This document shows positions 1 to 13,147 of a stretch of 64,000 nt of DNA, piece after piece. A model generated the notes under the pieces. It saw only the letters and a program-made list of their open reading frames with translations. It was not told the DNA's origin and did not search any database. Position numbers and translations under genes: made by a program. Position 1 is the stretch's first letter, and each line of letters starts with the position of its first letter. This DNA comes from Octopus bimaculoides (Eukaryota), in the NCBI RefSeq assembly GCF_001194135.2, contig NC_069001.1:22499613-22563612 (forward strand). The letters run 5' to 3'.

Positions 1-1600
1 AGGTACTAAGAAGTAGTCTTAGATCCTTGCATTCAGTAATTTTCAGTCTGCTTCTTTGCTTAGAAAGAAGTTAGACAACTGCACTGAAGTCCCGCTCTAT
101 AAATTTGATGTTGGAGAGGCAATGAAGTTCATCTTACTTTGTCCCATGGTGCAGACTAGCAGCCAGAAATGTCCTTTAGCAATCAAATACGTAGACATGA
201 TTTTTTGAACTTTGGTCTCGGCTCTATATCATTTTAAAGTGAAACCAGTTCTTCCTTTACTATTCTTGTTTCCTCATTAGTGATATCTAGGAAACACCTA
301 GACTGATATTTTAAGCAAAAATATCCTGAAATCTGTCAGGCATGTCTTTTTTCAGCCCATCTAGGTGTGAACAACACACTTGAATGTCATCTTCCGGGAT
401 GTGCTTTTCCTTCACTAATTCAGGGAAGCTCAGAAACTAGAAGAACTGACATCAGCTTATGGTACATTTGAATAACTTCAACTTGGACAGAGATGTGGAG
501 AAGGCTGATTTTACTTTGATATGGTTCAGCCTAATCTCCTTGCAGTTGCAAATTAACTTCATTAAAATTTATGAATATATTTCCCATAGGCGCAGGAGTG
601 GCTGTGGGGTAAGTAGCTTGCTTACCAACCACATGGTTCCGGGTTCAGTCCCACTGCGTGGCTCCTTGGGCAAGTGTCTTCTACTATAGTCTCGGGCCAA
701 CCAAAGCCTTGTGAGTGAATTTGGTAGACGGAAACTGAAACAAGCTCGTCGTATATATGTATATATATATATATGTATGTGTGTTTGTATGTCTGTGTTT
801 GTCCCCCCACCATCGCTTGACAACCGATGCTGGTGTGTTTACGTCCCCGTAACTTAGCGGTTCGGCAAAAAAGAGACCGATAAAATAAGTACTAGGCTTA
901 CAAAGAATAAGTCCTGGGGTCGATCTTTTCGACTACAGGCAGTGCTCCTGCATGGCTGCAGTCAAGTGACTGAAACAAGTAAAAGAGTAAGAGTAAAGAG
1001 TATATAAGCAATGTTATGATTGATGTTTCTTTGTTCATCACAAGCAATAGAATAAGAGTTTTGCAAGAATTCAGCAACTGTTTTAAATAAAGAATAGAAA
1101 CTTTCTTGTAGATTCCTTTTAATGGCCACTGAACTTTTGTGTACAACAACAAATGTTCAAAATCTATATGATTCTAAGTACAGAGCTGTTGAAAATGTTG
1201 GGAATAGTGAGCTTGTGCCTTGATTTTATTTACTGCTGTGATGACAGATTTCAACAATTTGTTAGGTTTCCCATTTAGGTTATTAGCAACAAGATGTTGC
1301 CTGTGGATTACACAGTGTACTGTAAACACACAAGGTATAACTTTTTCAATAAAGTGTCATCTATTGCACCAACAAGAAATACTGTCTCCTATGTTGTATC
1401 TGTTTTTAGTTGTCTTACAAATAGTCGCTCTTGAACTAAACGTTAATATTTGATGAAGCAAACGTGGTAGAAACATACTATTATTGCTTCGTAAAAGGGA
1501 CTCTCTTCCCTGTAAGCTAAATTTGGTTGTTAAAAGTATGTTACACATTATATCTTCAATGTCAAAGTATTCCTACTTTCAAACACTTTTAATATGCATT
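1..1600 (-). mobile_element. Degraded hAT (Buster/ZBED8-SCAND3-like) transposase, interrupted by a SINE at 588-1001
   Basis: Hand translation of the minus strand, with stops and frameshifts, gives TTKFSLQ..ESLL, VHCVIHRQHLVANNL, VITAVNKIKA, FNEVNLQLQGD, IPEDDIQVCCSHL, ERDFSAVV.LLSKQRSRLKITE.KDLRLLLS. These match the CxxH region and C-terminal dimerisation domain of hAT transposases. Confidence 0.9.
588..1001 (+). mobile_element. tRNA-derived SINE, family A (full length, internal (TA)n/(TG)n)
   Basis: A-box-like TGGCTGTGGGGT and B-box GGTTCAGTCCC, a body shared with many copies in this window, and an AGTAAAAGAGT-type tail. Confidence 0.9.
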
Positions 1601-2474
1601 TCTAAAGAAAAGAAATTTTGTACTTCCACCTCTTCATATTAATATTTACGATAAAATTCTGAGAAAAAGTAAAAAAAAAAAAAAAAAGATAGCGGTTAGT
1701 GTTCTGAAGGAATGATGAGGGGAGGGACGGGTAGATGTTTAAAGATGCATGAATTAAAACGATTTAAAGAAAGTCCACCCACTAATGTTTTTAAATGTGG
1801 AAAATCTCAAGGAAACCTTCCTGAAATTCCAATAAGACAGTTATTCTGAATGTTCAACGGACATAAATGAAAAATAAAAAAATTAATAATGATAGAGTTT
1901 CTAAAACATAGATTTGAAAAAATTGTGGGAAACACCAAAACACACACAAAAAAAAAATCTGGCTGGTTAAATGGTAAGCTCCAGTTGGAATTCCACTAGG
2001 ATAATGTGTACATCTACGACACGCCACCAATTCTGAAAAATGAAAAAAAATTATAGTTACTTATATCTATAATAACTTATTTTAATCACTGTATGAGTCT
2101 ATTGCGTCAGACCCATTATTTTAAACAAATGTATGGAATAAAATTCTGAAGTTTGTCTGATGCTGAAACTTTACAAGCTTTATTAAACTACTGGAAACCA
2201 ATTTAAGTCCCAATCACATTCATCAGAAATGCATTAAAATAGTTGTACTGTTCTTTACAGTGAACAGAAATCACTATACCAAATTATGGAAAATAAGGAG
2301 AATTTCTTACAGTATCCAAAAACTACATACTCAAGAGAACAGACGTATGAAATACATCAAAGTAAAAAATTGTAGTTGTTAAAAGCGGAAATGATTTATT
2401 TAGTGAAACTAATCAATCTCCCTCACTCTCTCTCTCTTATATACACACACGCACGCACACACATGTTTATGAAT

Positions 2475-2764
2475 GTGACTGTGTAGTAAGAAGCTTGCTT
2501 CCCAACCACTTGGCTCCAAGTTCAGTTCCACTACATGGCAACTTGGGTAGGTATCTTCTATTATGGCCTCAGGCTGACCAAAGACTTGTGAGTGGATTTG
2601 TGAGACGAAACTGAAAGATATATATATATATATATATAGCAGATATATGTGTGTGTGTGTGAGTCTGTATGTGCGTGTGTATATGTGTGTGTGGGTATGT
2701 GTGTGTGTGTGTGTGGGTATGAGTATGTGTGGGTATGAGTGTGTGTGTGTGTGTGCGTGTGTGT

Positions 2765-2800
<36 letters not shown>
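2475..2800 (+). mobile_element. SINE family A, 5' half followed by an expanded microsatellite
   Basis: Matches 588-760 (..gcttcccaaccac..gttcagttccact..gaaactgaaaga), then (TA)n/(TG)n. Confidence 0.8.
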
Positions 2801-2801
<1 letters not shown>

Positions 2802-3057
2802 ATATAAACATAAACAGACAGATACACATGTATTTGGCATTGGTATCAAAGAATGATGTCAGTGGTATGTGGTACCCAAAGCAAACCCTTAGGGAATACT
2901 CACTGTGGACTGCTGTCTGGCATGGTGTGAAAAAATGAGAACAATCACATCCTTAAAAATACATAAATATACTAACGCACATTCACACAAACGTGTGCGT
3001 ATGTGTATATATATGTGTGTGTATATGTGAGTGTGTGTATATATATACATGTGTGTT

Positions 3058-3088
<31 letters not shown>

Positions 3089-3129
3089 ATTCTTTTCATT
3101 TTGTTGTTGCTTTTATTCTTCTTGCCATT

Positions 3130-3290
3130 GGTGGTGAGCTGGCAGAATCGTTAGCACGCCAGGTCGACTTTGCCTTTCACCCTTTTGGGGGGGTCGCTTA
3201 AATAAGTACCAGTTGAACGCTGGGATCGATGTAATCGACTTCTACCCTTCCCTGAATGTGATGGCCTTGATCCAAAATTTGAAACCATTA
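3130..3290 (+). mobile_element. SINE family B, internally deleted
   Basis: ggtgagctggcagaatcgttagcacgcc is joined directly to aggtcgactttgcctttcaccc..taagtaccagtt..gatgtaatcgact; the middle seen at 60762 is missing. Confidence 0.8.
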
Positions 3291-4561
3291 TCAATGTTGC
3301 TGACCATTGCTTTTGTTCAGTGTTACATGTTTCGTCTTTAAAGAGAATTCTGTTCGGAAACTTATTATCAGTTTTATGAATAAACAATTGGATTTTATAA
3401 AATATAATTTTGTTCTCTTTTCTTATTTTAAGCAACACTTTTCAGATCAATTTTTAAATGCTATTTTCCAAACCTGGGTGTGCCATCCAAAAATAGAGGT
3501 GGGCATTGTCATACATCACCTCCTTTTGGCCACATTATTATCGCTCCATTTTTCTTCAATACACTCCATATGTTCCCACTGCCCTCATTGGGGGATGGGA
3601 GGCGTTACTGACAACTTTTGGAATGACTGATTTGATGCAACAATAGTATTTGCTTGTAGCCCCTCCTTTCGCTTTTGAGTATTGGGTTTCTGTTTGGTCC
3701 ATTAATTCCTAAATATATTTAAGTCAGTGGCTACTCTAACTCTCTTATATTTCTTTATTTTATACAAAATGAGTGTTTCATTATCAAGTCCTTTTCTTTT
3801 AAGGTTGCTTTTTTGTATTTTCCCAAACCAAATTTCCTACCAATTCCAAAATTCATAACGCCGTTGAAGTCTAACAGTCTCCTGAGAGTGAAGTTGCTTG
3901 AGACTTAATACTAGAAAAGACAGTTTCGTACAGCATCGGAGCCATTCTCATAGTAAAAAGATCTGTTTCTGATCTGTTTCTCATGAGCATAGGATTGTGG
4001 TTTCGTTTCTTGGATGGGATGATGTGTTGTGTTTTTGAGCAAAACACTTCATTTCATGTCCTGGTGGGGAATTTATAGGCCATGGAAACCAGGAAACTGG
4101 AACTTAGAGTGGGCATGACTCAATAAAGCAAATTTACTTTGTCCACCTGCTTATTTACTAAGCGCAAAAGCAGTATTACTTGCGGTGAGCCCAAAGTAGG
4201 TATCCTTGTGGACTGTATGCACTCTTACACGAAAATAGTTTGATGAGATTGGTTGGTTGGTCGGTTGCTAGAGGTCCATCTTGGCATGATATAGATGGTA
4301 ATAAACTCATGTCATCTGAAGCCAAGTAAAAGTGGGTTTGTAGTTCTTTGTCAAAATATTTAGGACATATGTATAGCCGCTACAGTATTTTTTTCAAGCC
4401 TTTTAGTATAAAAAGCATTCTCAATTGTGTTCCCTTGTGGCTAATAAAGAAATTCTTCTTATAATTATGATTCAGAAATATTTATTGTAGACAACAAAAG
4501 AGAGAGACACAAATTAACATTTCTATTATTAACCATTTGTGGTAATCAGTATCTATTTATT

Positions 4562-4710
4562 GCCGGAAGTGCGGGAGCACCCGTCTCATGAATAGCCACG
4601 TGACCAGAGATATTCTTAAAACCATTCAAACACTTCTGAAACTCATTCTGAGTTGCTTTCACACTGTGGGGAGAGGAGTTGGAGGAGGGGAGCAGAGGCT
4701 ATAAAGTAAA
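4562..4710 (+). promoter_or_regulatory. Possible promoter/enhancer motif cluster (ETS site, USF/TFE E-box, TATA-like)
   Basis: CCGGAAGTG at 4563-4571, GCCACGTGACC at 4595-4605 and TATAAAG near 4700, in non-repeat sequence. Motif match only. Confidence 0.3.
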
Positions 4711-4899
4711 GTCTTAGTTATATAACAGCGATTAATTATTTTAACAGTACAGTCTTTCTTACATAAATGGCTATTATACTTATTCAAAAGAAATTATAAG
4801 ATTAAGTTTGATTTTCTTTTTCAAGTTATTGAAATCATTTTTCTAAATCTGTTTTTATTATTTTGTGTTTGTAGCAATGGGAAAATTTCCAAACACGCG

Positions 4900-4993
4900 C
4901 GTGCGCGTACGCACACGCACACTCACACACACGCACACACACTAACAATTATGTATGTACGTATGTATGCATGTAGAAAATAATATGACGTGT

Positions 4994-5039
<46 letters not shown>

Positions 5040-5049
5040 NNNNNNNNNN

Positions 5050-5082
<33 letters not shown>

Positions 5083-5168
5083 CATACACACACATACATG
5101 CACACACATATATAAATACATACATATATATAAGTATATATATATACACATAAATATATACATAAATA

Positions 5169-5203
<35 letters not shown>

Positions 5204-5460
5204 TATATATATAAACATATTATTTTCTAATTAAGCTAATTATATATAAAAGAAAAAGCACATGTTAACAACTATACTGTTGGAAATATAACAGTCTTTT
5301 AATCCAATTGAATGTATGCATTCACTTCTATGCAAGTGTATACACACATAAACACACACACATACATACACATATCTATATACATAATACATACACACAC
5401 ACATACATACATACACAGACACACGCATACACATATATACGAGATGTCTGTACACAAAAA
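4900..5460. repeat. Compound (CA)n/(TA)n/(TACA)n microsatellite with a 10-N gap
   Basis: Seen directly; it explains the YI/HT/VC ORFs. Confidence 0.95.
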
Positions 5461-6117
5461 TACACGGTTGCATCCAGACATATATGCAAAAACCACAAAA
5501 CGCGAGCAGCTGAAAATAGTGACAAGCTTGCTGCACAGCTTTCTGTGTTTTGAACATATCAATAATTCCAACGTATAACTTGTCTGATTGTAATTTGTAA
5601 GATAATATGAAATTTTAATTAACTTTCAGCATAAATTATTAATTATGAATTCAGTGACAGGAGAATGGTGTGTTTAGAGAAATGTGCATTGCAATTTAAT
5701 TATTAAATATTTAATTAGTAACCTATTTCCGACTCATTTCATGTCTGTCTTTTAGTTCAAACCTTATAGAATGCATTTCATTGTTTCTTTTTCAATGTAT
5801 TCCAGAATATGAATTCGTGTTGCTCTTGAGTACTTGCTTAGTCCTGGGTGTATATGCATCTAAAGATAATATCGTTATGACTATCCTTCTTTTTCTTTTT
5901 GTATAAATGCCTTGTCCATGTCATTTCCTTTCTAAGGTTGTAAAGTGAGATTTAAGAAAATTGTACTGTTCTGTCAAACAAGAGAACGAGGAAGCAAATG
6001 TGTAGGGCAGTGGCTACCAGCCTTTGCATAACCAAAAAAACGCTATTCATTAAAATGAGTTTTCCAACGAATTTAAAGTTTTTGAAAGACTTATATGTGA
6101 CGAATAAACCAAATCTA

Positions 6118-6167
<50 letters not shown>

Positions 6168-6199
6168 TTATATTTAAATATATTCAAAGAAAACAAACG

Positions 6200-8670
6200 G
6201 AGGGTCCATACATAGAATGATCAATTTATTATTATAGTCCAGTCAAATAAGTTCATTCATATTGCCAAAGTTGCATTTCTGCAGATTGCTGTCCTCCATA
6301 TCTAAACTTTTAAAGTGCATTATGAAGTTGATAAAAGCAAAAAGCCTCCTCAGGGCAAGACTGACTGATAATTTTCACATCCTAACATCCAAATGAATTG
6401 TAGCATGTGTGTCTTGGATTCTGTTCTAAAAATAGCTGAAGTTGGTTTTTTTGGCTTTACTGGACAAGGGATAGGCATAGTTCAAAATAACTAGGTCATG
6501 TTACTATTTCACTCATTTGGTAGTGCCGGTTAACTGTTTACAAGGTTGCCGCTACTTTTCATCCAATTCAGTATGTCCATAACACATTCCTCTATGTCTT
6601 TATTCCACCTATTTGGCCAAATTGATTAACTATTCAGGCTTACAAGCCTGTCCCTACTTTTAATATTATTCAGTAAGTCCATAAAATATTCCTCTATGCC
6701 CTTATTATTGATAAGATAAATCTAGGTATGTACCAAATTGCTACTTTTATTCATTTATTTTAAATCAACATTATTATTTACACATTTTTGTAAGTTTTAT
6801 ATCAGTTACTATTAAATATAATTATTTATTCAAATATATTAGTTGATAGGTTGGATTCATACATATGTATTTGTCTATTTAAGTTATAGTATAGATGCAC
6901 GATTCATAGGTATTTATTTGAACCATATCTATTTAAATTTATTGAATGTATATTTATCTTTATGAACACAGCAGTATCCTCTTTCCCTCTTGTTGTTGAT
7001 TAATTTGCGTTTTGATGTAAGAATCTAGTAAATTTCTTCGACGCAAAATTCATATCTGTTGTTCCCAATGATATAAGATTTTGCCCTGCTAATTATTTCC
7101 CACTTAAGTGTATTGTCGTTATTTTTATCTTTAATTGAGCAAATTAGTTAACTCAGACTATTGCAAACCTTTCTTTGTCTATCCTTAAAGGTGTTTTCAT
7201 GATTAGCTATCCTTCTTTTTATATAATTTTCCATAGAAGCTATATAGTAGTAATCCTGTTCCTCAGACACAACTTTACACCCATATATAACTCCTTTTTC
7301 CCTACAAAAAGAATTTAATGGTCATCGTTTTCTTTTAGCACAATCACAAGTTTTACTTTCAGTAGTGCTCCCTATTTCCTTACTAATAATGTTGTGCTTT
7401 TATTCTATGCCTTCAGAGTTATCCTCAGTATATTTATTTCCTATGTTTGGAGTCTTTACCATCCATCTAAAATTATTTACGTTAGTTTGGTTACTACTTT
7501 CATTACTATCTTCTTTGTCCTTGATTTCTTTGCCTGTCCTAATACTATTATTGTTTTCTCTTTTATGTTTGTTGTTGTTATTGCTAGTATTATTATTTAT
7601 ATTTATATTATCAATATTTATATTTATATTATCTTTTTTTTTGATAATATTATGCTTATTGCTTCTTCTATTTATAGTTTGTATGTTTATATGTTTAGAT
7701 CCGTTAGAGTTGTTTCCCTTCCTTCGTTTATCGTGTAACTCATATCGTCGCTGATTTTACCGCCACTTTGGTCATTTAATAATTCATTTTTATTTCCTTT
7801 ACTCCTATTATTGTAGAAATCACTTAATCTTTTAGCATTTTGTGCAGCAATAATTTGTGCTTTGTTTTTTGATATGCAAAACCCGGCCCTCAATTTGTGT
7901 GAGTTTATTATTTTATGGTATATACTTGCCCCAGAAAAATTCCTAGAGATCTCTTTGTAGAATAATTTCACTATATTAGTTCTAATTTGCTTTGCGAAAG
8001 TTATTATGAACAATATTATATTATCTTTGACTAGATTTTTATGGAGGTTAATGTCATTTATGCATGGGGTATAACCTTTTACAGAATTGTTAGTTTTTCA
8101 ATTCCTTCCCTTTTGTTGTTTATTCTCCTATTTTGATTTATATTTCTATAGTCATAATTATTATAGTGTTTTATTTTCGACTTCATTTTCATCTCATTAT
8201 ATTTGATTTTTATCCGTTCCATAATGTCTGCAATTTTGTTATACATGTTTGGTTTATTTTCGTTTTCTATCTCCTGATGTATTTTCTTATATTATCCTTC
8301 TCGGGTTTCTATTCTATTCTATTCATATTCTTTTTATCTTTATATTTAGTAATTTCTATGTTAATATCATTATTGCGAATCTTGCTTTGTGTATTGTTCT
8401 TATTCTCTGATTTTGCGCTTGGTGTATAGAATTTTTATTTTTTGTTTACATCCAGCTTTACCTAGTGCGATATTGTAATAATGTACATTCTGTTTAAAAA
8501 TTATCTCATCTGCGTAGAGGTTAGAAATTCTTTCAGATATACTTTCAACTAATTTTTCTGTAATTCCTCTTGAATGGCTACTGTTTTTGTTAATGTAGCT
8601 TAGATTAGTATTAGGTTTATGGTAGGGTTTATATTTACCTGTTTCTAGATCTCGGTTAACATCCAAGAAG
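6200..8670 (-). mobile_element. Penelope-like element relic: RT C-terminus, GIY-YIG endonuclease and 3' pLTR-like region
   Basis: DVNRDLETGKYKPYHKPNTNLSYINKNSSH (8666-8400), KQIRTNIVKLFYKEISRNF...YHKIIN (8013-7687), and CREKGVIY..YYIASMENYIKRRIANH..LKWEII..FCVEE (about 7330-6935). A degenerate HHR lies at 6262-6358. Confidence 0.88.
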
Positions 8671-8989
8671 TTGACAAAGTTATGTTCCCTTTTGTTATAT
8701 CTTTATGGATAAACAAATACATTGCAACAGTGTTATAAAAATATAAGTGAAACAAACAGCAGTAATCACACGTAACGTAACAACAATCATTTAAGAACCA
8801 ACAATCCAACACGCTAACTCGAACTGTAAACTTTGAACTCCAACTTTCAACTATCAATATACGAACTGTGTGTCTTCTTGTGTGCATGTTTGTGTGTAAT
8901 CAATTAATGAATCTGTACTCACGTAATATTTTTCGTGTACGTGAAGTGCCTTTGAGTGTTTTTGTTGGGGTTACTGGACTGTATGTACA

Positions 8990-9340
8990 TGTGGGTGTAT
9001 GTTTGTTTGGGGCTTCTGGACCGTTTGGTGTGTTCATGCGTGTTAATTGCGGTGTGGATTTTGTGTGTCACTGTTCTTTTCTCTTCTTTTTTTTTTAAAG
9101 TTCTTAGGGGGCGAGGAATTCTTGCTTTCTTTTTTCTTCCTATTTTGTGTTTGCACTTCGTCTGTGTCTACCTCTTCTGTATCTTCTTTCGGCTTCTCGA
9201 TGCTACTGGTTTCTTCCTGTCTCACCTCCGTTGATGTTTGCTTATCGAGAAGGGGGCAGCTTGCTTTAATGTGACCCTTCTCTCCGCAGTGTTAACATGT
9301 GGGGTTGGGGGGGGGGTCTTCCTACCACCACCACCACACG
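8990..9340 (-). mobile_element. ORF1/gag-like CCHC fragment with charged tail
   Basis: VVVGRPP..C.HCGEKGHIKASCPL followed by KE-rich ..SSPPKNFKKKRR, similar to 13738-14037. Confidence 0.65.
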
Positions 9341-10682
9341 CAGCTTCATATCCCCAACGTTGCAAACGGTTCGCAGTATGAGTCGGTAACCCTTATTTTA
9401 GACCCATAAATTGACAGCAAAGGTCTATGGCCTGTTTGCAATAAAAAGCTTCTGCCATGCAGAAACCTGTGAAATTTCTTAACTGCAAAAACAATTGCTA
9501 GAGTCTCCTTTTCAATTTAACTATATCTCTTCTCTGCCACTATTAGCGAGCGCGAAATATGAACCACTGGTTTTCTACTTCTGTTTTCGTATCTATGAAG
9601 TTGAACTGCACCTAATCCGTGCTCGGAAGCATCAGACGCTACAATATCCATTTCGGGATCGTAATGTGCTCACGACAGATCTGAGATTAGAATTGTATTT
9701 ATTTCATCAAAAGTGTTCTGGCATTTATAACGGACCAATTCCCCTCTACTCCTTTTTTAATAAGTCATTCAATGGAGCTCTTAACGTTTGCATATTAGGA
9801 ATGTAGCTTTGATAATAGTATGCTAACCTAAGAAACGATTGTAAAGTTGGAATATTTATCGGCGCAGGCACATTCCTTATTGCGTCTGCCCTCGACGAGT
9901 CAGAACGTCTACCACTTTTAGCAATTATTTGCCCTAAGTACTTAATTTGTGGTAGAAAGAATTCGCCTTTTTCTTCACTCAAAGTGAACCCGAAAATTTT
10001 GATTTTCTTAAACATAGGTTTTATGTGTTCCACATACTGTTCACGAGAATTACTCTTGATCAAAATATCGTCCAAGTCCGGGATTGCAAATTCACAATCA
10101 GACAACATAGTATCCATGATTTGCCGGAATGTTACTGGTGCAACTTTTAATCCAAAAGGTATGCGTGGATATCTATTCAATCCGCTGTGTGTATTTATTG
10201 TCAAATGCTCTGAGCATTCTTCAATTACTTTTATCTGTAAATAGGCTCCAGACAGATCTAATCTGGAAAAAAAATTTCCACCATTTAACTTTGAAAAATT
10301 GTCCTCTGCTGTCGGGAGTGGATGGTGGTATGTTTTGAAGCAGTCGTTCAATCCTGTAGAGAAATCGGCACACAGCCTAGTCTTCTTCTTCTTCTTCTTC
10401 AATACATAACTTGGGTGCCGCCCACTTTGATTAATCCACCTTCTTGAGGACTCCATTCTTTTTTAGCCTGTCCAGCTCTTCATTTACAGGTTCAGTTGCC
10501 GCGAACGGTACATTTTTCTTTGTTTTAAATACAGGCACAACGTTTTCACTTACTTAGAAATAGGCTTCAGTCTTTCTACATAGACTGATTGCCTCTGATA
10601 ACACTTGCGGGATCATTTTTCAATTTTTTCTTCAGTTCTTCCGAAGAATTTGTTTTTAATGGGACAACAATTTATATTATTC

Positions 10683-10915
10683 ATTTCTTAATTCTCTCAA
10701 GGAGCTAAACATAGAGAAGACAAACAAGGATAGACAAAGGGATTAAGTCGATTAACATCGACCCCAGTGTGTAATTGGTACTTATTTAATCGACCACGAA
10801 AGGATGAAATGCAAAATCGACCTCGGTGGAATTTGAACTCAGAACGTAAGGGCAGAAAAAATATCGCTAAGCATTTCGCCCAGCGTGCTAACGATTCTGC
10901 CAGCTCGCCACCCTC
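10683..10915 (-). mobile_element. SINE family B, full length, inserted into Gypsy pol
   Basis: Reverse complement of the family B head and body; tail ttgtctatccttgtttgtcttctctatgtttagc..aagaaat. Confidence 0.88.
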
Positions 10916-12284
10916 AATCATTTATAATATTGCAATAAAGATTTATGGGGAAGTGCCATAAATTGAATAGTTCTAACCAATCTTTGTCAAAACGGATTGA
11001 TTGTATTATCCACAACGAATAATTTTGCTTCGCGTGTTTTCACTCGAAATGTGACATCAATACATGTTTTGCCCATGAAGTGAAGTGTAATTTATCGCCC
11101 GTTACACCAAGTGCTATTTTCGCAGTTTTACGTAATCTCGGTTTACCAATTTGTTTTTCCAAATATCCGCATTTATAATCGAGATGTCATTACCTGTATC
11201 TAACTGTAACTTGGTATTCACATCATTTATTTTCACGTGCACGAATTTTCTTGTTTACCATCGCAATCACTCTCCGCTGAAAACATCTCAGAATTTTTGT
11301 GTTTGAGATTCGTAGTCTTGTTCTACAATGAGAACTTCTGTGTCAGAGCTTCTGATAACTATAGCACCTTTTGTTTTTAAACGGACAATCCTTTTTGTAG
11401 TGTAGGCTTTCCCAACCATAACACGGATTGGGGACTGACCCTTTTTTTAAATTGCGCTTCCTTGGACGACACATTTGAATTTTTGCAGAGTCCTTATCTT
11501 GTATTTTTCTTTACATCAAGTTTAAGATTTACCATAGTTTGACATTCTTCTGCGAGGGTCTGTAGAGATAAATCCTGGTTCACTTGCTCCGTTTTCGAGG
11601 GGGTTCTTGCCCGAAATTCTCTATCGTCAGGTGTTATAATTCATTGCATGAAGATACGTGATTTGAACATATCCTGAGTCAGATCCTGGAGTTTGAAATT
11701 TTCACACGTACGGTTGGCTGCTTCGGCGTAGTGATAAAATCCTCCCCCTCGGTTTTTGTTAAGTGTCAACGCTCCATTCTGGTGTTGAATAATCAGCTTC
11801 TATCAAAATAATTTTGAAAGCAGTTCCACAGTTTCTTGGAAACCAGTCTCACTTGACCATGACTTGTACTCGTTGTTAAAAATTTCCACGTATCTTCTGT
11901 TATACGCGGGAAGCATAATACCCTTCTCCGGTTTATACGTAAATTCAGAAATTGCATTAGCTCCGCCGTCTGCGCGTAAACAAGCTTACTGGATTTTCAG
12001 ACTTTGCCTACTGTAACTTAGTTGTTGTTGTTGTTGTTGTTGTAGTATTTCTTTTACAACACCTGTAGTTGCTCCTGTTGCTTCTGTTGAAGCTGTACTA
12101 CTGCACTTATTTTCAAATAACCAAAGTAAGTTTCGAAAGACCCTCGTCGTTAGATGCTATAAACGAACAGACTGCAACAGTGTAATAAAAATATAATCGA
12201 AACAAACGGCAGTAACGACCAACAATCCAATGAATTAAATCGAACTGTAAACTTTGAACTATCAACACACGAACTAGCACGAAC

Positions 12285-13147
12285 TATTTTCTTTATTATG
12301 AGCACATTGACTCTACAAAGAAGGGACAATACAAGGACAGACAACACAACACAGTGGGGTACATAAAACATATAACGGATGAAATCATGAATATAATGAT
12401 ATAATGAAAAATGAAATTTCTTCCCTGCCCCCACACGCATGTAGTATCATTTAACTGTTTATGTATCACATATTAACTTATAATTCATTATTCTTTTTTG
12501 CATCGTTTTTTTTTTTGTTTTAAGAGTCATTATTTCGGAATTTTAGATATTTCACTTACTTTCACATTAAATATTCTATCATATCCTCAAATGCCACCAC
12601 TGGTGGCATCTCGTCGTATCGAACCTGTAACGGCGGTATTTCAATTTTTCCCCAAATAATTCCTTTAACCTTTCACATTTATCTCTCTCAAGCAAGACCG
12701 CCCTGTCGTCCTCGGTACACTCCCTCCCTGATAACTTGACTCTAATTACATTTTTCATTTTTGTAATCCTTCTCTCGAAAGACACTTTTTATAGGTTATC
12801 ATCGTTCGGATGTGTTTCCCTTTTGGTACCAACTCCCGTTTTCCGTCGTTATTCTTTCCTGATGTTCCTGGTATTGGTGTCTCATCCTTCTCTGTATCTC
12901 TCTTACTCTTTGTTGTTGCTATATCTCTTCTCTCTTCCTTTTCTGTCTGCGCATTTCTTTCCTCCTCCGTAATTTTCCTTTTTTCTATCTCTGGTCTTTC
13001 GCATTGATTCTCCTCTATATTTCCTTTTCTCTTTTTTTTTGTGGCCTTTTGCGTGGTGAATAAACGTTTTCTTCTCATTTCTTCTTTCTTTTTCCTACTG
13101 AATATTTTTCTTCTACATTTTCTATCTTTTCGCTTACTTGCATTTGA
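12285..13147 (-). mobile_element. 5'-truncated ORF1-only retroelement (C-terminus and 3' UTR with AATAAA)
   Basis: ERRITKMKNVIRVKLS..RAVLLERDKCERL is homologous to EKRLAKMKGLIRVKLD..KAALLDKDRMDRM of the adjacent copy; the tail matches 13160-13290. Confidence 0.75.

Larger units (their letters stand above)
8690..12280 (-). mobile_element. Gypsy/Ty3 LTR retrotransposon relic (gag-CCHC-protease-RT-RNase H; integrase not seen) with related LTR-like ends
   Basis: RT ORF 9746-10456 (RLCADFSTGLN..LDLSGAYLQI..PFGLKVAPVTFRQIMD..LDDIL), RNase H EKETLAIVFAVKKFHRFLHG at about 9440-9560, protease LQLDTG near 11195, CCHC near 11400, gag NAISEFTYKPEKG near 11950. 8700-8860 resembles 12160-12280, and a PBS-like (TCT)AACGACGAGG lies near 12146-12158. 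Confidence 0.88.

Noticed and set aside
3151-3700. Possible Tc1/mariner remnant (FPNRILFKDET; NIWSVLKK)
   Set aside because: Motifs are short and in inconsistent order.
7365-8429. Hydrophobic membrane-like plus-strand ORFs
   Set aside because: Antisense of the A-rich N/K-rich linker of the Penelope ORF.
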